A DNA stretch of 47,174 nt, taken from the NCBI GenBank assembly GCA_016845825.1, contig JAERSJ010000108.1, positions 1-47,174 of the forward strand, read 5' to 3'. This DNA comes from Methanobacteriota archaeon (GTDB taxonomy: Archaea > Thermoplasmatota > Poseidoniia > MGIII > CG-Epi1). The notes under the pieces were generated by a model. That model did not search any database. It saw nothing but the letters and a program-made list of their open reading frames with translations, and had not been told where the DNA came from. The translations under genes were made by a program, and so were the position numbers. Within the stretch, counting starts at the first letter, position 1; each line of letters begins with the position of its first letter. Positions 30,694-38,293 of this stretch are shown in pieces.

Positions 30694-30939
30694 CTATTTT
30701 TCAGTTTTATTGAGAATAATTTCGACTATAGATTCGATTGAATCAAAATCGTTAATATTTTCTTCGGTAATAAATATCCCGTAACTCACTTCTATTTCCG
30801 AAAGGATCGCCATATACGCCAAAGAGTCCCACTGAGGCAGATTTTGCGTTGAGGAAGACTTATCTACTATGGCACATCTAGTTACATTTTTAACAATTTT
30901 TACAACATCTTTAGTAAGTTCGTCATCTTTATGATTCAT
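30694..30939 (-). CDS. Acyl carrier protein
   Basis: QWDSLAYMAILSEIE carries the DSL phosphopantetheine-attachment serine. I prefer ATG at 30939 over the track's TTG at 30951. Overlaps the upstream stop. Confidence 0.75.
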   Translation of the reverse strand: MNHKDDELTKDVVKIVKNVTRCAIVDKSSSTQNLPQWDSLAYMAILSEIEVSYGIFITEENINDFDSIESIVEIILNKTEK

Positions 30940-32071
30940 AAATAGCACCAATGTTAATATAGTTTACTTCATCATTCCCCACGTAACCAATATGAGAATC
31001 CTCTAGTACTATTATATGTTTAATATTCAAATTGGTGATTCTATCAGGACTCACGATTGGAATTCTACCATTACACAACGATCTACCTATTTTCCCATTA
31101 TCACTGTCTACAGCAAACGAAACTCGGTCAATTAAGAAAGGGTAATTATACAAAAATAGGGTTGATGCGCCGCCGCCACCGAAGATGGCGATAGCTCCAT
31201 TCTCAATCTTATTGATTAAAGTCTTTAACTTTGAAAGACATTTTCTGATGTTTGAATCGACAATCGATAAATGCTCGAGGCTATGCATTATGTGATTTGG
31301 AGGTAGAGCACTGGCTCCTAAACGAAACTCTACCAACAATACCTCATCCTTTTTAATGACATCAACACAACGAAATCCATGCCGCATCATCAAACTCATC
31401 AGACTAGTCTGTGTAAATAAACTGATATGCATATGAAAAATTGTGTAATGCGGTCGAAGCTCACTTTCAAGACCAAAATTAGGAACTTCGATAATGATTT
31501 TACCTTCACTATTCAGTAATCTCTTTGCTTTTTTTAAAGCCATGCTAGGATCGTTAAAGTGCTCTAACACATGAAACATGAAGATATAATCAAAATCACT
31601 CTCTGTAATCTCGGCTTCAACGAAGTCACCGATAAACACCCCATCCACTTCAGCCTGGACTATTTTGTCTACGTTGAAATCAGCAACCCATTTCTCCGAA
31701 CTATCTGGTAAAAGCCCCAAAAATGTGTTTCGCCCGCCCCCAACCTCGAGAGCTTTGGTTTTCTCAAACTTTTGTTTGTCATCAGCAGTTAACAACGTTA
31801 ATCGCTCATATTTCTCCTGACGATTCTCTACATTAAATGCTTCATCCCGGTAAATTTCTGATATTGTCTCGTCATCCATATTCTGTAATTGCATGTAGCC
31901 ACAGTCACTGCAAATGTATACGTGGATATCTTTTAATATCGTCCGTTTCATTTCTGGTAATGGCCAAATATAGAGAGGAAATTTATAACGAGCACTACAG
32001 ACTTCAATCGAACTCGATTTACACGCTCGACAATTAGGTAACGACACTTCTATTCCACCATTTTTCAGCAT
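30929..32071 (-). CDS. SAM-dependent methyltransferase of the NDP-sugar C-methyltransferase architecture (N-terminal Zn ribbon + MT core + C-terminal Methyltransf_14-like domain)
   Basis: CRACKS...CSDCGYMQL, ALEVGGG, FHVLEHFNDP; C-terminal AIFGGGGASTLFLY...VDSDNGKIGRSLCNGRIPIVSP. Confidence 0.65.
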   Translation of the reverse strand: MLKNGGIEVSLPNCRACKSSSIEVCSARYKFPLYIWPLPEMKRTILKDIHVYICSDCGYMQLQNMDDETISEIYRDEAFNVENRQEKYERLTLLTADDKQKFEKTKALEVGGGRNTFLGLLPDSSEKWVADFNVDKIVQAEVDGVFIGDFVEAEITESDFDYIFMFHVLEHFNDPSMALKKAKRLLNSEGKIIIEVPNFGLESELRPHYTIFHMHISLFTQTSLMSLMMRHGFRCVDVIKKDEVLLVEFRLGASALPPNHIMHSLEHLSIVDSNIRKCLSKLKTLINKIENGAIAIFGGGGASTLFLYNYPFLIDRVSFAVDSDNGKIGRSLCNGRIPIVSPDRITNLNIKHIIVLEDSHIGYVGNDEVNYINIGAIYES

Positions 32072-32077
32072 AAACTA

Positions 32078-33091
32078 CTATGCCTGTCCACTGATACGGA
32101 GGGATATAAAATTAGTTAAATCAAAGAATCTGTTAACTGAATTTTCATTATCAAAATACGCCTGAAGATATAGATTGCTCCCTCTTATAAAACTATTTTC
32201 TTTAATAATAATCGAAGAGTAGCTAGAATTTTGGTGCGCTGCGGGACCTGTGTCAGAGTTTTGCACAGCATATAACCCTTTCAGATCCCCGATCTCACAT
32301 TCACTCTCCAAAATACTCCAAACCTCTTCATCCAAGGGGGACTCTAGAGTATACCGATAATCGATTATAGATACTCCAGTGTAGGGAATCAGCGTATAGT
32401 TGACATTGAAATTTTCATCCGTAACACACTCCAGTAATTTAGGTGCTACTTGCGACAAAGTGCATCCTTTTCGTTTCATCGCAACTTTTTCTAATCCTGG
32501 GGTTTGGATAAATCCGTTATGGAGTTGATATTCTGGGACATTATGGATTACGTTTACATCAGAAGAAGAAACTCCAAACAGTTTATCTAAGCGACTTGTC
32601 AACTGCACATAAGCATTGACGGTGCATGATCCATAAGAAATTACATCACTATCTGGGCTATAATCTAAGTGATTAAACCCATATACCAACATCTGGTCAG
32701 CGTTCATCGAAGTAGCTGAAATCAAGACCTTTTTAGTTCTTCCTTTCTTTAAAGACCGAGCATTATTCGCATCAGTGTATTTTCCTGAACACTCTAGGAA
32801 AATATCAGGTGAGCCAAGCCACTCAATATTATCACTATGGTCATTAGTATACTTAATTTTGATGGAGTCATTAAATACCAAGAATTCACCATCACTAGAT
32901 ACTGAAAAATTTTTATGTATCTCAACGTAAGGATCATTTTTAATAATCCCTAAAGCATGATCTATACTCAACATATCATCGTTGATATATTTCAGTTCAA
33001 ATTCACTTTTCTCTAATGAATTTAAATAATAACTCAAAAGATGTAAACCAAACCTACCAAACCCATTAATCCCACAAACTACTTTTGACAT
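32078..33091 (-). CDS. Divergent glyceraldehyde-3-phosphate-dehydrogenase-family protein (not housekeeping GapA)
   Basis: GINGFGRFG (canonical INGFGRIGR), SYGSCTVNA (canonical SCTTNC, catalytic Cys kept), AYFDNENS (canonical WYDNE). The rest is strongly diverged. Confidence 0.7.
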   Translation of the reverse strand: MSKVVCGINGFGRFGLHLLSYYLNSLEKSEFELKYINDDMLSIDHALGIIKNDPYVEIHKNFSVSSDGEFLVFNDSIKIKYTNDHSDNIEWLGSPDIFLECSGKYTDANNARSLKKGRTKKVLISATSMNADQMLVYGFNHLDYSPDSDVISYGSCTVNAYVQLTSRLDKLFGVSSSDVNVIHNVPEYQLHNGFIQTPGLEKVAMKRKGCTLSQVAPKLLECVTDENFNVNYTLIPYTGVSIIDYRYTLESPLDEEVWSILESECEIGDLKGLYAVQNSDTGPAAHQNSSYSSIIIKENSFIRGSNLYLQAYFDNENSVNRFFDLTNFISLRISGQA

Positions 33092-33135
33092 ACTTTCACC
33101 TCAAATAAAAAACCATAGCTAACTCATCACTGCGT

Positions 33136-35064
33136 TCAGCCTCTAACTGAACTCGAAATTGCCTCTTGAGCAGAATCAATGTCAAATTTTGTATTATTAA
33201 AGCTAATCATTCGACTTTCTGCGAACTCTACACTCTCCCCAATCAAACTGGATAACTTAGTCAGATAACTGGCCATCTGGTCGTCAGTGCCATGAGCCTT
33301 GAAAACCTCCAGTCGTTTAATTGAGCCCAACTTCAATAGCAAGTCTTCTGGCTCAATTTCATCACTACGCGACGCGACCAGTCGATTATCTTTAAATGCA
33401 ACTAGATAATCTCCAATAGCGAGATAATCCATACACCCTTCCAGCAGGTGCTCTACCGCTTGGCGCGGAGTAGAAATAGTTGCTATGCCATGCCTGTTAA
33501 AGCTGGTGTTCAGTAGCACCGGGATACCCGTCAATTTCTTAAATTCGTTAATCAATTCCCAATACAGAGAATTCTCTGATTTTCTAACCGAATGAACTCT
33601 TGATGTACCATCAACATGAACAGCTGAAGGAACTTTATCAACCATTGTGCTTTTCATATTAAATGCAACTTGCATATACGGGGAATAATGTTCCTGCTCC
33701 ACCCAATTGGAGCACTCTTCCTCCAGTATGGACGGAGCATAAGGCATGAACCAATCACGTTTTTTCAGCAACTGATTGATTTTTTCTTTAGATCTAATAT
33801 CTCTTGGGTCCGCCACGAGAGATCGCGCACCGAGTGAACGCGGTCCAAACTCTGCCTTCCCTTGAAACCATCCAACCGATGCGCCCTCACTAAGTTTTTT
33901 TGCGACAACTTTTGTGATATCAGAACATGAGGTATAAACCAGTCTATGCCTAACTAGTACCTCTTCAATTTCTGTCGACGAGAAAGACGGACCTATAAAT
34001 GCTGACAACACTTCCGCTGGCTTCCAGTTAGAGCGATTCTTGACGTGTAAGGCTGCCCCCAATGAAAGTCCAGAATCCGACGGCCCAGAAGGGAAGTAAA
34101 CATTATCAAAACCCGCATCTAAGAGCGCTTTATTTAATGCGACGTTTTGGAACAATCCCCCACTAAACACAATATTTTTGCTTTCAGTCTCCTCTCGCAG
34201 TAATTCAACCAATTTAAGAACAGACTCCTGCAGAATTTGCTCCCCTGTGGCAGCAATATCATGTGGTAGATATTCAATACCAAAACGCAGCATATTAGTA
34301 TCACTTGGATATTGACTAAATATTTTAGTTCTGTCATAGGAATCAGCACGAATTTTAGCCAAATTAACTTGAGTTTGACTAAAACGCTTTCGATCAAATG
34401 TTGCGCCACCTTCCTTGGTTATTGAAATCAGCTTTGAAATTTCTTTCTTTAAATCTGGCTGGACTTCTCCGTAAGACGCAAGGCCGGAGGTTTTACCATT
34501 ATCATCACCCGAAAAACCCAAGGAATCAGTTAACAGCGAATGAAAATTAGCAATAGTATTCACCCCTGTCGCCTCAAATTTTACATTAAATTTATTATTT
34601 ACAAAGTCCCCAAATACGTAACCACGGGGATCTCCAAAATCTCCCCCTCCATCCATACATAAAAAGGCGCATTCAGAAAACCCTGAACCGTAAGCCGCCA
34701 AAGAGGCATGACTCAACTGATGATCAACAAATTCAACATGCTCATAAAACCACCTTTCAAAATCATCTAATGTTCCGGTATATGCCTTAAAAAACCAACT
34801 AAAGAATGTATGATAATCCTTAAGTTTAATTTGAGATTTTGGAGTAGGAAAAACCCATTTTTCTACTTGATCGGGAGTTATACCTAGCTCCTTAAAACCA
34901 AGCATTAGGGTTCTCTCCGGAAATTTGGATGTCCCGTCATTCTTAACTGTGGTGACCTTTCCTTCCTCGTAGGAAAAAACTTGCTCGCCATTTAAAATAC
35001 TTGCATTAAATTCATGTCTATCCTGAACATCAAAAGGGCAAGGATATAAGGACGCGATTATCAT
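33136..35064 (-). CDS. NodU/CmcH-family carbamoyltransferase
   Basis: HQLSHASLAAYGSGF, FGPRSLGARSLVADPR, LLNTSFNRHG. I prefer ATG 35064 (GGAG 9 nt upstream) to the track's TTG 35079, which overlaps that SD. Confidence 0.85.
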   Translation of the reverse strand: MIIASLYPCPFDVQDRHEFNASILNGEQVFSYEEGKVTTVKNDGTSKFPERTLMLGFKELGITPDQVEKWVFPTPKSQIKLKDYHTFFSWFFKAYTGTLDDFERWFYEHVEFVDHQLSHASLAAYGSGFSECAFLCMDGGGDFGDPRGYVFGDFVNNKFNVKFEATGVNTIANFHSLLTDSLGFSGDDNGKTSGLASYGEVQPDLKKEISKLISITKEGGATFDRKRFSQTQVNLAKIRADSYDRTKIFSQYPSDTNMLRFGIEYLPHDIAATGEQILQESVLKLVELLREETESKNIVFSGGLFQNVALNKALLDAGFDNVYFPSGPSDSGLSLGAALHVKNRSNWKPAEVLSAFIGPSFSSTEIEEVLVRHRLVYTSCSDITKVVAKKLSEGASVGWFQGKAEFGPRSLGARSLVADPRDIRSKEKINQLLKKRDWFMPYAPSILEEECSNWVEQEHYSPYMQVAFNMKSTMVDKVPSAVHVDGTSRVHSVRKSENSLYWELINEFKKLTGIPVLLNTSFNRHGIATISTPRQAVEHLLEGCMDYLAIGDYLVAFKDNRLVASRSDEIEPEDLLLKLGSIKRLEVFKAHGTDDQMASYLTKLSSLIGESVEFAESRMISFNNTKFDIDSAQEAISSSVRG

Positions 35065-35574
35065 AATTGCTAACTCCAAATTTATCTAAAAGAGATTACT
35101 AAAACGGGTAAAATTGACAATATCTAATAGCTCAGCTACCCACTCCAATCAGACTAAGTCACTTTCAACTGACTCAGCGTTATCAAATACGCAATATCTT
35201 GCATTCCAAATATGGCAACCCAGCTATTACTCTCACTTTGCACCCAAACGGGAGGCATTTTTAGAGCTTATTCCATGGGATCTAACGAACTCTCTTCCCG
35301 CCCGCAAGGTAGAAATATTAACGATTGCACCACGACCTGTTAAACCAAAAGTCAGGAGCGCCAAAAGAGCAATAACCAAGTGTTTTTGAGCATACTCTTA
35401 CTCGGGATATTGGTAGGCCTCTAAAGCTATCTCGAAAAACCTATATTTTACAAGAACTTCGTGCTTTCAGCCATTAATTTTGCAATCAACAAACCGACAA
35501 TCGTTACTTTTAATATTTACGTTAGGCTCACCCCGTCGTAACAACTTACTTGTAACACGTATCTGTATAAACCC

Positions 35575-35727
35575 TTACAGCGTCAATCGACTTGGTGCGT
35601 TAAAATTTCCCACGACAGGCACATCGAACCCAGACGTAATAGCTTTTTTAGACAGCTTGGACACGCCGCTGACACCCCAAAGCATTAGAAGCATTCCAAC
35701 AAGCAGTATCAATGAGAATCTGTTCAT
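35575..35727 (-). CDS. Possible 50-aa small hydrophobic/exported peptide (below the ORF-track size cut-off)
   Basis: Manual translation: MNRFSLILLVGMLLMLWGVSGVSKLSKKAITSGFDVPVVGNFNAPSRLTL*. Starts 12 nt after the galU stop. No convincing SD. Confidence 0.25.
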   Translation of the reverse strand: MNRFSLILLVGMLLMLWGVSGVSKLSKKAITSGFDVPVVGNFNAPSRLTL

Positions 35728-35739
35728 AGGGTCAACTAT

Positions 35740-36636
35740 CTACCAGGCGTTTGATTCAAAGAGTTTCTTTATGACTGATTTAGTTTCAGCATCTCTCATA
35801 CCCACCGCCAGGTTTGCACCCAAGAATCCCTGCTTGTTTCCACAGTCATGGATCTCGGCATCCGTCTCAAGGGCGTTCAAACCCTCAAGCTTAAGAAGCT
35901 CATCCAGTGCATCGGTCAGCTGAATCTCTCCACCCACACCAGGAGTCGTACTCTCAAGAAGCTCAAGCACCCTAGAGGGCAATACATAACGACCCAGTAC
36001 CGCCAAGTTGGATGGCGCATCCTTTAGTGAGGGCTTCTCAACGAGCCCATTAACAGGCTGACTTTTAAAGGGCTCGGCTAACTCACCGTTCAGGTCCGCA
36101 ATGCCGTAGCTCTCCACGGCATCAGGCTGGACACGCTCGACCATGACCTGGCCTGTGCCCGTCTTATCCCAAGCCTTTACCAGCTGGGCGAAACTATAGT
36201 TATTGTCCCTTGACTCTTGGTCAAGGACCAACACATCCGGCAACAGGACAGCGAAGGGCTCGTTATTTAAAAGGTGCTTGGCACAAAGAACCGCATGGCC
36301 CAGGCCCAACGCATCACTCTGTCTAACCGAGAAGATTTTAATACCCTCAGGAACAACATTCTTCACCGTGCCCAGAATCGTTTCCTTACCCTTTCTCTCC
36401 AGACGGTGCTCAAGCTCGTAGTGCGCATCAAAGTGGTTCTCGATGGCCTCTTTGCCACTTCGTGTCACAAAAATAATCTCCGTAACACCGCCCGCGATGG
36501 CCTCCTTGACCACATGCTCAATAATCGGGCGGTCAAATACGGGGAGCAACTCCTTGGGTATGGCCTTTGTCGCAGGCAGCATGCGCGTGCCAAGGCCCGC
36601 GACAGGGATGACTGCTTTTTTTATTTTAGCTACCAT
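35740..36636 (-). CDS. galU: UTP--glucose-1-phosphate uridylyltransferase
   Basis: KAVIPVAGLGTRMLPATKAIPKELLPV and full-length GalU-like sequence. Confidence 0.95.
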   Translation of the reverse strand: MVAKIKKAVIPVAGLGTRMLPATKAIPKELLPVFDRPIIEHVVKEAIAGGVTEIIFVTRSGKEAIENHFDAHYELEHRLERKGKETILGTVKNVVPEGIKIFSVRQSDALGLGHAVLCAKHLLNNEPFAVLLPDVLVLDQESRDNNYSFAQLVKAWDKTGTGQVMVERVQPDAVESYGIADLNGELAEPFKSQPVNGLVEKPSLKDAPSNLAVLGRYVLPSRVLELLESTTPGVGGEIQLTDALDELLKLEGLNALETDAEIHDCGNKQGFLGANLAVGMRDAETKSVIKKLFESNAW

Positions 36637-36686
36637 GGCTTACCCTTTAGATTCAAAACAGTGAATGCTACTGATTATCAACAGCA

Positions 36687-37682
36687 CTATATATCAAATT
36701 TTGTCTTAATAAGATCGAATTCCTGCGCCTCAAGTCGAGGCCCAAATTGTGCAACCACCCTGGCGGCACAGTCATTGGCCAAGTCAGCCGCCCAGCCATA
36801 ACTTCTACCTGAGGTGATGGCATACAGGAAGGCACCTGCAAACATATCACCCGCGCCATTGGTATCAATGGCCTCTGCCTTAACACCCTCAGACTGATTA
36901 AGAGAGTTACCATCAAAGGTAACGGCACCCTTAGCGCCATCGGTGATGGCGAAGGTCTTTGTGTACCGCTTAAGGCTCTCTGCGGCCGCGTCTAAGGTCT
37001 CGGTACCAGTAAAGGCCATGGCCTCGTCCTTATTACAAAAGATCAGATCCACCCCATCCCCTATCACTTGCCTCAGGGCATCACCAAAGACTGACACCAC
37101 AAAGGGGTCTGACAGGCTGATTGCAACCTTAACACCATTAGCCTTGGCTAGCTCAACGGCAGCTTTTGTGGCCGCTGTTCTTGCCTCGTCGGTGACCAAG
37201 TAACCCTCAACATAGAACCACTCTGAATTTACTAGCGCGGCCTGATCAATCTCACGTGCTGATAAGTCCTCGCCCGCGCCTAAGAAGGTGCTCATGGTTC
37301 GCTCAGCATCATCGGTCACCATGACCAGACACTTGCCGGTAATGCCTGGCTCCTGGCCTGCAGAATGAAAGTCGACACCTGCCTCTTTTAAGTCATCAAT
37401 ATAAAGCTGACCATCAGTATCATCAGCCACCTTGCCACTAAAAAAAGTTTGAGCGCCCAAACTACTGGCGCCTACAACCGAGTTACAGACAGAGCCACCA
37501 CACTTGCGGAGCATGGAACCAGTCTCAGCTGAAAGAGCTCCTAGCAGTTCAGTCTGTCGAGCCTCATCAACCAATGTCATGACGCCCTTATCAATGCTTG
37601 CATTGGCCAGAAAAGCATCAGACACCTCAACCTCCGTGTCCACCAGTGCCGCGCCAATGCCATAGATATCGTACTTTGTCAT
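36687..37682 (-). CDS. PfkB-family carbohydrate/nucleoside kinase (adenosine-kinase-like)
   Basis: GIGAALVDTE N-terminus and DTNGAGDMFAGAFLYA (PfkB motif 2). Confidence 0.8.
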   Translation of the reverse strand: MTKYDIYGIGAALVDTEVEVSDAFLANASIDKGVMTLVDEARQTELLGALSAETGSMLRKCGGSVCNSVVGASSLGAQTFFSGKVADDTDGQLYIDDLKEAGVDFHSAGQEPGITGKCLVMVTDDAERTMSTFLGAGEDLSAREIDQAALVNSEWFYVEGYLVTDEARTAATKAAVELAKANGVKVAISLSDPFVVSVFGDALRQVIGDGVDLIFCNKDEAMAFTGTETLDAAAESLKRYTKTFAITDGAKGAVTFDGNSLNQSEGVKAEAIDTNGAGDMFAGAFLYAITSGRSYGWAADLANDCAARVVAQFGPRLEAQEFDLIKTKFDI

Positions 37683-38020
37683 TTCTTATTCATCTCTTGC
37701 TGTTGACGAACCTCTTCCTGTAAATGGGCGATTTCTTGCTGTAGCTCGTTATATTCCCTCTGCTTTCTCACCAAGAACCGAGCCGTGATGGCGGCCTTCT
37801 CCGCGATACCCATGGGCGTGAGCAGGTAGGCATAGCCCCACTTATTATCGGACTTTTGAAAGTTATCCAGCTTAACCCAGCCCACATCAATTAGAGACTT
37901 AACCAGGTAATGGGTTTTACCCAAGCTAATACCCAGCTCCTTAGCTAGCTGGCGCTGAGTAAGATCAGGTTGCTGCTCAAGGATCTTGAGCGCGCGATAT
38001 TCGAGCTCTTGGTTTGACAT
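37679..38020 (-). CDS. EPS-associated MarR-family transcriptional regulator
   Basis: 113 aa with winged helix LTQRQLAKELGISLGKTHYLVKSLIDVGWVKLDNF..NKWGYAYLLTPMGI, typical of the EPS-locus MarR subgroup. Confidence 0.8.
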   Translation of the reverse strand: MSNQELEYRALKILEQQPDLTQRQLAKELGISLGKTHYLVKSLIDVGWVKLDNFQKSDNKWGYAYLLTPMGIAEKAAITARFLVRKQREYNELQQEIAHLQEEVRQQQEMNKK

Positions 38021-38053
38021 AAATAAGGAGGATGAGTCGTTTATAGTTTCAGG

Positions 38054-38065
38054 CAGGCTACCGCA
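38054..38065 (-). promoter_or_regulatory. ops-like (RfaH-recruitment/JUMPstart-type) element
   Basis: Minus strand reads TGCGGTAGCCTG versus the ops consensus GGCGGTAGnnTG (core GCGGTAG and the TG intact, first G mismatched). Preceded on the RNA by a possible 8-bp hairpin (38066-38087, includes 3 G-U pairs). Lies 34 nt upstream of the MarR start. Confidence 0.4.
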
Positions 38066-38126
38066 GGACCCTGTGGCAACAGAACCCTACATGACGAAAA
38101 ACATCACACATCACGGGTCTTTCGCG

Positions 38127-38172
38127 TGTTCATATAATGAACAAGATAGCATAAGTGAATAAGATTACAAGT
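38127..38172 (-). promoter_or_regulatory. Promoter-like module 1 with palindrome (putative operator)
   Basis: Minus strand: TTGTAA-16 nt-TGcTATCTT followed directly by the palindrome GTTCATTATATGAAC. About 80% identical to module 2, which lies 89 bp away. Confidence 0.4.
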
Positions 38173-38215
38173 TTGAAGCACCAATATACGAACTATATTA
38201 TCGCTTACTCTGGAA

Positions 38216-38262
38216 TGTTCACTCTATGAACAACATATCATAAATGAATAATATTACAAATA
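38216..38262 (-). promoter_or_regulatory. Promoter-like module 2 with palindrome (putative operator)
   Basis: Minus strand: TTGTAA-16 nt-TGaTATGTT followed directly by GTTCATAGAGTGAAC (GTTCA-N5-TGAAC). A third partial copy (GGAATGTTAAC) sits at 38271-38281. Confidence 0.4.
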
Positions 38263-38293
38263 TAAAGTATCGGAATGTTAACTAGGTACGCTT

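Noticed and set aside
35133-35143. Weak ops-like GTGGGTAGCTG upstream of the carbamoyltransferase
   Set aside because: Only 6 of 8 core positions match ops and the trailing TG is missing, which is too weak to call. The 38054-38065 element is a much better match.
35114-35923. Plus-strand ORFs 35114-35389 (91 aa) and 35480-35923 (147 aa) in the junction region
   Set aside because: They are low-complexity and have no recognisable motifs. They run opposite to every credible gene, and the second runs antisense into the galU 3' end. Most likely chance ORFs.
36203-37203. Plus-strand ORFs antisense to galU and the PfkB kinase (e.g. 36274-36801, 175 aa), plus the minus-strand ORF 36668-36940
   Set aside because: The plus-strand ones are typical shadow ORFs of GC-richer genes. 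The minus-strand one is a same-strand out-of-frame overlap with the PfkB kinase gene. The real minus-strand frames carry unambiguous GalU and PfkB motifs. The same reasoning applies to all other plus-strand ORFs in the track (3819, 6391, 13897, 15182-15830, 20494, 24079-24741, 27129-28845, 29953-30468, 38823, 41800-42612, 45751).
38022-38040. Strong SD-like AAGGAGG followed by ATG on the plus strand just outside the MarR start
   Set aside because: The ATG abuts the SD with no spacer and opens only a 4-codon frame (ATG AGT CGT TTA TAG). Not a gene.
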